A DNA stretch of 22,617 nt from Ginkgo biloba (taxonomy: Eukaryota > Plantae > Ginkgophyta): assembly GCA_024626585.2 (NCBI GenBank), contig JANKJI020000004.1, positions 106,995,413-107,018,029 on the forward strand. Reading direction: 5' to 3'. The notes under the pieces are model-generated. The model was not told the DNA's origin. It saw only the letters and a program-made list of their open reading frames with translations, and ran no database searches. A program made the position numbers and the translations under genes. Position 1 is the first letter of the stretch. Every line of letters begins with the position of its first letter. Shown here piece after piece: positions 12,701-22,070 of this stretch.

Positions 12701-14075
12701 CAATCCTAATTTCTTCCTTAGTAGGCACAGCACAGTCACGAAGCATCATATGCTATGAGCTTGGACCCTAAAAACCAGGGGCAATGGATGAGAAATCCAC
12801 AAAGATTGTCAATCAACAAGAAAGAAATGTTATTGCTTGTTTTATATGGCGACCCTGCCAAACCAAACCAAGGGGAAAAACAAACACAATTCAGGGCAAA
12901 CAAATTGGGGAAAAACCAAATCCAATGCCATCAGAAAACGCCACATTCTTAATGTGAGAGCCCACAGAGCTGGTATGAGGGAGACTGATCAATCTGAAAA
13001 GTCCAATGGATTGGAAAGTCACAATGATAGTCAATCTAGTAATATAAAATGTTATCATTGTTTATTCTGGTAAAACATGTCTTAGACCCAGACAAAAAAT
13101 CTGACATATCATGCCATATGAGAGTGCCACATAGTCTGGATATTCTCAGAGAATCCTCAAAGACTAATGCAGGAAACCACGATATTACAGATTTGTTTGT
13201 TTCCTTAAAATCATTTTCAGAATGGGCTTTGGGTTGGACACATCTGTTTAATCATTTGGATCTGATTAGTCATTATCAGAGGATTACTCTTTTATGACTA
13301 AAAAGAGTTGTATTATGAGATTTATAAACTCAAAATTTTTCAATTTTTAACTTATGCATCTTATAATTTGGCTAACAACATTTTTTTTATTTTTTTATTT
13401 TTTTGAAAAAATGTTGCTTATATTAACATGNNNNNNNNNNNNNNNNNNNNNNNNNNNNNNNNNNNNNNNNNNNNNNNNNNNNNNNNNNNNNNNNNNNNNN
13501 NNNNNNNNNNNNNNNNNNNNNNNNNNNNNNNNNNNNNNNNNNNNNNNNNNNNNNNNNNNNNNNNNNNNNNNNNNNNNNNNNNNNNNNNNNNNNNNNNNNN
13601 NNNNNNNNNNNNNNNNNNNNNNNNNNNNNNNNNNNNNNNNNNNNNNNNNNNNNNNNNNNNNNNNNNNNNNNNNNNNNNNNNNNNNNNNNNNNNNNNNNNN
13701 NNNNNNNNNNNNNNNNNNNNNNNNNNNNNNNNNNNNNNNNNNNNNNNNNNNNNNNNNNNNNNNNNNNNNNNNNNNNNNNNNNNNNNNNNNNNNNNNNNNN
13801 NNNNNNNNNNNNNNNNNNNNNNNNNNNNNNNNNNNNNNNNNNNNNNNNNNNNNNNNNNNNNNNNNNNNNNNNNNNNNNNNNNNNNNNNNNNNNNNNNNNN
13901 NNNNNNNNNNNNNNNNNNNNNNNNNNNNNNNNNNNNNNNNNNNNNNNNNNNNNNNNNNNNNNNNNNNNNNNNNNNNNNNNNNNNNNNNNNNNNNNNNNNN
14001 NNNNNNNNNNNNNNNNNNNNNNNNNNNNNNNNNNNNNNNNNNNNNNNNNNNNNNNNNNNNNNNNNNNNNCTTCTA

Positions 14076-14348
14076 GTAAGTTCTACTTATACAGATCGAA
14101 TGAGTGAATTGCATCGGGGTTTATTTATTTGGGTTCTTACAGCTTACTATTTGGAAGGATTTGTTGGGGAAGAGGCAAAGATATTGCAAGCATAATTGCA
14201 CGGATCTAATATTTCTGTGTTGCATTTACAATGCACAACGAATGAATGAATTTCATTAGAATGTTTTTGTCTATTTAGGTTCTGAAAGCTCAAGAATCTA
14301 CCAGGTGTAAATGTTGCTTGAGGGATTGATTTTGTGATGTTTATGCAG
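14076..14348 (+). other. Probable 5'-UTR intron of the IQD gene
   Basis: gtaagt donor at 14076 just after the N gap. Candidate acceptors are tatttag (14278) and tttatgcag (14348). The promoter and first exon probably lie in the 13431-14069 gap. Confidence 0.5.
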
Positions 14349-14389
14349 ATCAGTGAATTCTAATAGTGGGATCCACAGTGAATATCACA

Positions 14390-14468
14390 ATGGGTAGAAC
14401 TACCAAATGGTAAAAAAGAGGCTCCTCCTCCCAAAGATAGTACAAGGGAAGCAAAGGCAGATGAATCT
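14390..14468 (+). CDS. IQD: IQD coding exon 1 (frameshifted)
   Basis: ATG in strong context (acaATGG) reads MGRTTKW then TAA. The frame from 14412 reads KKEAPPPKDSTREAKADES and ends in phase 0 at a gtaagt donor (14469). Confidence 0.75.
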
Positions 14469-14553
14469 GTAAGTAGTGTGCTTCTGACAATTTTACCATT
14501 CCTACTCTCAAGCTTCTGTCAAATCTATCCTGATTTCTTCAAGTTTTGGACAG

Positions 14554-14865
14554 AATAAGACAGTCCCCAGTGAAAAACGGAGATGGAGTTTTGGAAAATC
14601 CCACAAGAACCGAAGTACGCAACCAATTGCAGAGCCCAAAGCCCCATACAATGAGGATTATACTTCCGAAGCAGAAAATGAGCAGAATAAGCATGCTATA
14701 GCCGTGGCAGCTGCCACTGCAGCTGCAGCAGATGCCGCTATTGCAGCTGCCCAAGCAGCAGCAGCTGTTGTCAGATTAACGAGTAGTGGATTCTCCTTCA
14801 CTGGAGGAGCAAACAGAGAGGATTTGGCAGCCCTTAGGATACAGACAGCATTCAGAGGATACCTG
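14554..14865 (+). CDS. IQD: IQD exon 2: KRRWSF motif, Ala-rich helix, first IQ motif
   Basis: ttttggacag acceptor after an 85-nt intron. The 312-nt open frame NKTVPSEKRRWSFGKS...AALRIQTAFRGYL ends at GT 14866, the conserved phase-0 intron position within IQ67 domains. Confidence 0.92.
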
Positions 14866-14914
14866 GTCTGNNNNNNNNNNCAGAGATTGCAACAAGCATT
14901 GAAGCAAGAGTGCT

Positions 14915-14952
14915 CCCCCCCCCCCCCCCCCCCCCTAAAAAAAAAAAAAAAA
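14915..14952 (+). repeat. C21-T-A16 homopolymer tract in IQD intron 2
   Basis: Read directly from the sequence. Confidence 0.9.
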
Positions 14953-14989
14953 GGGTCTAACTTGGTTGGTTTCTACCCAAAACTTGCAG

Positions 14990-15217
14990 GCAAAGAAAGC
15001 ACTGTGTGCTCTCAAGAGCTTGGTGAAATTGCAGGCATTGGTCCGTGGACACATAGTGAGAAAGCAAGCAGCTTCAACACTGAGATGTATGCAAGCCCTT
15101 GTTAGAGTTCAGGCTAGAATTCGTGCTCGTCGGGTTAGGATGTCCGAGGAGGGGCAGGCAGTTCAGAGGAAACTTGTGGAGAGGCGGCACCAGGAATCTT
15201 CTCCGAGAAAATCCACT
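14990..15217 (+). CDS. IQD: IQD exon 3: remainder of the IQ67 domain
   Basis: CTAAC branch-like site at 14957, ttgcag acceptor and gtaagc donor at 15218. The 228 nt encode [55 protein letters not shown]...RKST. Confidence 0.95.
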
Positions 15218-16170
15218 GTAAGCCCTTGCACTTGCAACTGTTGTAACAGTTTTACCATCCACTCAAGTTGGGGTGATCTCCAAAGAAATTTTAAAATAAG
15301 TGGCGCCAAAAGCTTGCCTTATCTCCAACTGAAAACAACAATCTGCCATGTTATTTTTTTAAACAGGATTAACAGATTTATCATATGGCTTCAGTTCCCT
15401 GCTTAACTCTAGGATAACAAAAATCTTGTATGTTGTTTTCTTCATATGCCTGTACCCACTGGTAGTAAGGCCCCGGCCCCCAATCAGATAGATGATCTTC
15501 ATGTCACTACCCACCATTTGCAGTGACTCCCTGCAATAGTACATTATTTCTGTCTTTGTCTGATTCAGACTAGGATGTGGACAATAAAGCGTCTGTGCAT
15601 CAATTATGCAACAGCTCTTGCCTGTTACAGCTAACTGTGTCTCTGCCTTCATTTAGGAAAGTATTGTTCATAGTTAGTGGAACCCCAACGGCAAGGTACT
15701 GCCGCTGCAAATGAATCTGTCTATTTTGTAGACTCTGGTCCATATGGAGGCAATTATTAATGCATACTGAAATTTCATGTTTTGGGGTATCAAGATATAT
15801 TGTTGTATGATCATTGAAGGAGAAAGGTATTCAGAGGGCTGTTAGCTTTGACTAGTTTTGTCATCACACATTCAAGGCTTCTTTGATTTAATATGTTGTG
15901 TCTACGGATGGAAGAATTAAAATTGACTTCCATGCTTCTTTCATTGCATAGTTATTGTGCATTTGTAATGTAATACCTTAAACTAGGAAAGCGATTCTTC
16001 CATTCTATACTAAACTTGCCCCTATCCTGTAGTAGTGATGCCTTACCCTCAACTACGGTTGACAGTCTTCCTTGTTATTTACTTGTATACTGTATTCGTC
16101 TTCTAGTAATTAGGTAGTGGAAAATCGCTTAGCAATGAAGTATATGGGAACTGTGTGTTTTCATGTGCAG

Positions 16171-16284
16171 GGAGGATGGAATGCAAGCACTGGGACAGTG
16201 GAGGAGCTGGAGGCCAAACTACAAAGCCGTCAAGCTGCTGCAGTGAAACGTGAAAGAGCTCTATCTTATGCATTATCTCAGCAG
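16171..16284 (+). CDS. IQD: IQD exon 4
   Basis: gtgcag acceptor and CAG|gtaagc donor. The 114 nt encode GGWNASTGTVEELEAKLQSRQAAAVKRERALSYALSQQ, a typical IQD post-IQ67 motif. Confidence 0.92.
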
Positions 16285-16386
16285 GTAAGCATGAGAATAA
16301 CAATGTTTAGGCTTGATTTTGTGAGAATGTTTTTTCTGCTCACCCATTATCCCCCTCTGCTGATGCTGCTCTTGGGTGAATTCTCC

Positions 16387-17250
16387 TGGATGGATCATTG
16401 GATGGCTGCCCGTCCATGGGTGAATTCTTATGTGGATGATTTTGGTGGGCAGGAGATGGAGAGTAGCAGCTTGGACGAAAGTGCAAAGATAGTAGAGATG
16501 GACACAAGCAGACCAAAATTGAGTTCAATGAGGCGGATTGGATCAATGTCAGAATCTGTTTCTGTAGAACCAAGCATATCATCCACTAACTCAGCAGCTC
16601 AATACCCGCCGTATGCTAGCCAGTCTCTTCAGTCTTCAAGACGAGCTCGCTCTCCTCCTCGACACGAAGCTTCTACTTCTGCACAAGCAGATTCAAATGG
16701 GATGACAGCTCAACCAGCTCGACTGTTGATTGTTAGGCCAGCATCAGATGGGGTAACTGCATCAAGTTTCCAGGATTTTAGCCCTGAAACTGTGTATGAA
16801 GAATGTACCCGTGGTGAAGATAGCACATTTTCAACAGCACAAAGTAGTCCACAATTCAGTTCAGCCGTCTCAAAGATTGGAGGGAAACAAGGTCCATTCA
16901 CTCCATCCAAAAGTGAATATGCAGAGAGTTACTTTCAGGGTTATTCTGCCTTTCCTAACTATATGGCAAACACTGAATCTTCAAGAGCCAAGGTTCGTTC
17001 CCATAGTGCTCCTAAGCAGAGGCCAGATCCTTCTGAGAAGAATGTATTATCATCAAAGAAGAGAATGTCTTTGCAAGGAGCAGTAGAAAACAGATCAAAC
17101 TTTGGCGCGCGCATGCAAAGGTCATCTTCTCAGGTCCAGGCAACACGCAAAGGGTATCAATATGCAGGTCCAATTAGGCTAGACAGATCAACAATGTCAC
17201 TCAGGGATAGTGAAATTGACACAGCTTCACTAGTCAATGGCGACTTCTGA
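16387..17250 (+). CDS. IQD: IQD terminal exon (5' boundary uncertain), Ser-rich with DUF4005-type motif
   Basis: Open frame with WMDHWMAARPW, KIVEMDT, STAQSSPQ, FPNYMANTESSRAKVRSHSAPKQRP, RMQRSSSQ and IRLDRSTMSLRDSE; stop TGA at 17248-17250. Confidence 0.88.
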   Translation, partial: WMDHWMAARPWVNSYVDDFGGQEMESSSLDESAKIVEMDTSRPKLSSMRRIGSMSESVSVEPSISSTNSAAQYPPYASQSLQSSRRARSPPRHEASTSAQADSNGMTAQPARLLIVRPASDGVTASSFQDFSPETVYEECTRGEDSTFSTAQSSPQFSSAVSKIGGKQGPFTPSKSEYAESYFQGYSAFPNYMANTESSRAKVRSHSAPKQRPDPSEKNVLSSKKRMSLQGAVENRSNFGARMQRSSSQVQATRKGYQYAGPIRLDRSTMSLRDSEIDTASLVNGDF

Positions 17251-19273
17251 GATGCTAAAATAAACCAAGGTGTGTTATCTTTCAAGAAAGTTGAGACGAA
17301 GTTTGTAGGATTGTTTTACGTAGAGAAACCATATGGTTTCTGCATTGCCAATACAGTCGTAGGAGGAAGGGCTCGAAAATGCTTCATAGNNNNNNNNNNN
17401 NNNNNNNNNNNNNNNNNNNNNNNNNNNNNNNNNNNNNNNNNNNNNNNNNNNNNNNNNNNNNNNNNNNNNNNNNNNNNNNNNNNNNNNNNNNNNNNNNNNN
17501 NNNNNNNNNNNNNNNNNNNNNNNNNNNNNNNNNNNNNNNNNNNNNNNNNNNNNNNNNNNNNNNNNNNNNNNNNNNNNNNNNNNNNNNNNNNNNNNNNNNN
17601 NNNNNNNNNNNNNNNNNNNNNNNNNNNNNNNNNNNNNNNNNNNNNNNNNNNNNNNNNNNNNNNNNNNNNNNNNNNNNNNNNNNNNNNNNNNNNNNNNNNN
17701 NNNNNNNNNNNNNNNNNNNNNNNNNNNNNNNNNNNNNNNNNNNNNNNNNNNNNNNNNNNNNNNNNNNNNNNNNNNNNNNNNNNNNNNNNNNNNNNNNNNN
17801 NNNNNNNNNNNNNNNNNNNNNNNNNNNNNNNNNNNNNNNNNNNNNNNNNNNNNNNNNNNNNNNNNNNNNNNNNNNNNNNNNNNNNNNNNNNNNNNNNNNN
17901 NNNNNNNNNNNNNNNNNNNNNNNNNNNNNNNNNNNNNNNNNNNNNNNNNNNNNNNNNNNNNNNNNNNNNNNNNNNNNNNNTGTGCAGGCTCTTTTTATGA
18001 AGTTCCTGAGTCAACAAAAAGTCTGAAGTTCCAAAATTTTTTATGTTAAAACTTGCTCAACTCATAGACTGTGGTATACACTTTTGTATATCAAGCTTTA
18101 TTTTCACTAATTAAACCTCTGCAATTACAGCTTCTTGGCTTGGGTCAATGAGTGTGTGTGGACTTGCATCCCCATACAATGTAGCAGCACTTTTGTCAGT
18201 TTGCTGTATCAACTTTACGAATTAGTTTANNNNNNNNNNNNNNNNNNNNNNNNNNAAACTTAAACTATCAAGCTTCTTGTTTGAATTTGATAAAGAAAAT
18301 CACCACAGGGTTTCTTTGTTGGATTCTGATGTATATCTGTATACCTTGGTTTTATATTAAAGAGAAAATTTGATGATGTTTTGTTGTTTCTCATTATCTG
18401 CTTACTGTTGCACCCACAAAACATGATTTGCTTGTAAAAAGAGTTATTATCATTTGTGCATACTCAGCAGCTCAACCATGTTGCCAGGCTTGAGTTAATG
18501 GATAAATGGGAATTCTTTATCAAAAACTTTCTTTTGATTCATCAGCTTGTTGAATCCATGTATGTTTTCCCATATTGAAGCATTGAAGAATATTGAAAGA
18601 CATCACACAAATTCCAACTTTTAGCCTCCCAACATTTCACAGTAGTAGATTTGTTCCCTTATTCAAACGACCTTCTACCTTTTAAGCCTGAAGCCCCATA
18701 TTCATGAGTAGTAGGGGACATAACACAAGAGGGTGCATAATGAAAAATGAAACCAATTTCATGATTTACGAAACAGGATTAAAAGATGCAAAACTATGGA
18801 ATGACAAACAACTGAATTTGAAAGATCCATCTCATTAAGGCACCAGCAACCACTCATTTGTTGGTAGTCTGTGCTGTTTGTAGCCATTTCATTTGAAAAA
18901 ACATTCATTATGATTTTTGTGCCTTAATTTGTCAAATCTAACAGCTTTTTGGACATACTTACTGACAGTGCTACAAACCTAAATGGGTCATGGCCTAGAA
19001 TTGGACAAAATTATTGCATATGAATCCCTTTTGGATTTTATAGTGAGTTTGATTGAATGCTTATTGCTTATTGACAAATGATTATAACTCTTCATTTAAT
19101 TAATTTAATTAAAGCTATAATCAGTTGTCTAATTAATAATTATTTAACTAAGATTAGTACATAACTAGTAAATATAATCAACCTATGATTCTACTCTAAT
19201 TGCCCTTTTCAACCCAAAATGACTTATTAGTACTACAACCTACCCTCTAAAGTTTGGATGGTTGCACATAGCC

Positions 19274-19640
19274 TATGGACAGTTTGATTTACTCAAAAGA
19301 TGAGGGTATAAATATGCCCACTGTATGGATCATAACCAGTGCCTCAAGATGGCTACTGCTGGTTTGTAGTTGATTAAACCATGTCAATGCCAAATATGGG
19401 GAGTTCAATTTACTGACAACTAGTGAGTATATGAATTCTTAAGCCGAGGTATCAAAACAAGTACCTCAAGGTAGCTAGTTCTTGTTTATAGTTGATTTAA
19501 GTATGTCAATGTCCAAATACGGGGAGTTTGATACTCACAGATGACAAGGGTACAAATATTTCAATTGCAATATCAAAACAAATGCACCAAGATGGCTAGT
19601 TCTGATTTATAGTTGATTTAACTTTGCCAATGCCAAAGGA
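19274..19640. repeat. About three diverged copies of a ~121-bp tandem unit
   Basis: agttgatt at 19368, 19490 and 19611, with caagatggcta-like and caatgccaaa-like motifs in register. Confidence 0.88.
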
Positions 19641-19747
19641 AAAGTAATTAGGATTAGTTCATGCTGGTTAAGACTCGCAAGACAATGCAAGGTGACATTG
19701 GGTACAACTAAATATGGAAATTTAAAAACAATAAAATTACTGATATA

Positions 19748-19853
19748 CAATGAGATTACATATAGGTCATGGATATAAACCAGCCCAAAAGACATGAATT
19801 CAATGAGATTATAGATATGTTATGGAGGTAAGCCAGTCCAAAAGATAAGAATG
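19748..19853. repeat. 53-bp tandem duplication (diverged)
   Basis: caatgagatta...ccagYccaaaaga starts at 19748 and 19801. Confidence 0.88.
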
Positions 19854-20193
19854 CAATGTCACTGAGAAATGTAAAAAAGAAGAATGGAGGAGGGAACGCA
19901 CATAATGCACATCTTTCTTACTTATTTCCAAGCAACTGAGCTGGCTGAGGGTTTACCCTGCTGCTTTGTATTACTACTACCATAAAAACCTTCAGGTCTT
20001 CAAATCTTATTCTAGTCTTCTATGTTTTGACATAGTATATTAGCATAACTGCATCGGCAACATTAGGCAACAGAAAATTCTCTGAGGGTGTTCTAAGCAT
20101 AATTGCATGGAGGCCAATCGCCCTTAACAGAAATTTTGGTTATATCCCTCAAATAAACTGAGCAGAATGCCTATCTATCTATCTATATAGAAC

Positions 20194-20225
20194 CCTCTGA
20201 TGCTAAGTGCCTCTGATGCTAAGTG
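20194..20225. repeat. Perfect 16-bp tandem duplication
   Basis: cctctgatgctaagtg occurs twice in tandem. Confidence 0.95.
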
Positions 20226-20472
20226 CATATCTAACCTGTTACAGGAATACAATTTTCTGTTGGTGCTTTAATGCAATGAATGGTTGAATTTTAGGATCAA
20301 TTGGCACCAAACAAAATCTATGGAACTAGATGAACCATGCAGCAATACTCTGTTTTTATTGTTGTCTGCATGGAAACCAATGTGATCTATGGAGGATAGA
20401 AGATATTGCACCTCAAGCTCCATGATACGAAGCACAAGCCTGGACCCCATCTATCACAGTCGGAATGCAGGT

Positions 20473-20596
20473 ATTAATTTTATTTTTCATTTTTCGATGT
20501 GGTGGGACAATAGACAAAAAGTTTGAAGATTTAGGGATTAATTTTATTTTTCATTTTTCGATGTGGTGGGACAAGAGACGAAAAGTTTGAAGATTT
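20473..20596. repeat. Near-perfect 64-bp tandem duplication
   Basis: attaattttatttttcatttttcgatgtggtgggacaa...gtttgaagattt starts at 20473 and 20537. Confidence 0.95.
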
Positions 20597-21736
20597 GGTT
20601 TTTATGATTGGAATGAATTCATTTTTTTAGAAAAATTATTGGAGCAGATGAGAGCATCATTACTATCCTTATCATGAAGGATAGACTGGTCATGCAATTC
20701 TACACCCACTTCCAATAAGCTGATGGACTTGCTTTTTTTCCACATTGTAGCAACGGTTCAGAAACCATCAATGGTTCATTTAGTGAGGGAGAGAGACATT
20801 TTGTCGATGTCGCCACAAGATGGAAGGGTTTTTTACCCCTTCACAACAATTATAAGGGATATTGGAGTAAGTTACAAGGGTGCATGTCTTTGGTGTCAAA
20901 CTATGCAAATGTTTGGTTGATTTACGCCTCCTTTTCCTCAAAAGCTAAAATGTTTTTTTTTTTTTAAATTTTAAGCAGTTTTTGTGCAAATTGAAGCATG
21001 TTTTTCCAATTAGGTAGTGGGGATGGCTTTAGATTTAATGTTCANNNNNNNNNNTCCCATTTTTTAGCTCCCTGGGTTGTCTTTCCTTTCCTTGTTGGAC
21101 AAGGAAACACTTTTCCTCCCATGACAAGGAATGGATTTTATTTCCTTCCTAGTTGTTTTTCTTTCCTTTTCCTAGATTACATGTGATTGTTTAGTTGAGT
21201 GCTATTAGGTTAAATGCAATTGTTTTGAGAATTGAGGTTAGGGGATTCTTAGGCTCCAAATTTTTTGCTAGGCCATAAGTAATGCTTTTGCCTTGTTTAG
21301 GACATGTGGGTACCCACATGACACATGCTGTATGTCTATTGTGGATAGTACTTTGCCTATTGTGCATGGAGAAGATGCTATAAATCTTGAGATGTGATTG
21401 GTCGCAAGATATTTTGGAGTGTGAACCTAATGGGCATAAATTAGTGCTCATAAGGAATAATATTGTGGTTGATAGATAATATAAAACATTTAATTGTATA
21501 TGCGTTGAAAGGGAAGTATGGGTCAAAGAGATGAACAGATTAAATTTACTCTTGGTTGTGAGATAAGTGTGGATTAACTTTATTTGTTGCTTGGTTGTTC
21601 CTTCATTGTCATTTACTAGATTAGCGAGTCCTCATTGTATGTAAATTGTATAGATGAAAGGTCTCCTCCTACCCCGACCCTAACATTTTTACTTTATGCA
21701 TTACTTTATAAGAGTCTTAGAAGGCAACAACAAATG

Positions 21737-22070
21737 CTTTTGGCATGTTTGTTGTGTTCATTATTGATAATTACTATGGAAGCCAGCTACCTCATTGTTT
21801 TGCAATCTAATCAATAAAAAGTATCACCAATTAAGAAGACCAATTGAAAGTGATTCTTAGGCTGCTCTAATGTTAGAAATATTCAAAAGGGGTTGTCTTA
21901 GTGGCCTCGTCACACTTTCTTTTGGCCCATTTGTTATGTTCACTATTGGCAATTATTTTATAAGCTAGCCTCCTTGTTTTTCCATCCAATTAATTACAAA
22001 CATCACCAAGTAGGAAGAGCAAATGAAGGTGCTTCTTACAGTGACTTAATGTTAGAAATCTTCCAAATGA
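21737..22070. repeat. Two diverged ~180-bp tandem copies
   Basis: cttttggc at 21737 and 21919; atcaccaa at 21823 and 22002; atgttagaaat at 21870 and 22049. Confidence 0.85.

Larger units (their letters stand above)
14390..17250 (+). pseudogene. IQD: IQ67-domain (IQD) family gene with IQD19-like C-terminus; apparently disrupted (young pseudogene, null allele or assembly error)
   Basis: The spliced model 14390-14468, 14554-14865, 14990-15217, 16171-16284, ~16387-17250 gives MGRTTKW, EKRRWSFGKS, HAIAVAAATAAAA, IQTAFRGYL|[45 protein letters not shown] and FPNYMANTESSRAKVRSHSAPKQRP (DUF4005-type). There is a TAA at 14411-14413 and no intron-4 acceptor. Family identity is high confidence; pseudogene status is moderate. 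Confidence 0.75.

Noticed and set aside
12755-13297. Overlapping short ORFs upstream of IQD
   Set aside because: They show no recognisable motifs or consistent exon structure.
14279-14304. 5'-UTR micro-exon
   Set aside because: The following intron would be only 44 nt, so alternative acceptors are a simpler explanation.
14704-15406. ORFs 14704-15105 and 14966-15406 as separate proteins, including a [12 protein letters not shown] motif
   Set aside because: They are IQD exons 2 and 3 read into introns. The Pro/Lys run is the intronic homopolymer tract.
16117-16170. ORF-track start of the 377-aa ORF
   Set aside because: This is intronic sequence upstream of the 16170 acceptor.
3870-18026. Long poly-X ORFs (3870-4444, 10928-11216, 13354-14195, 17272-18026)
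   Set aside because: They are artefacts of translating N gaps.
20894-21685. Solo LTR (TGTC...AACA)
   Set aside because: There is no matching target-site duplication, PBS or PPT to support the boundaries.
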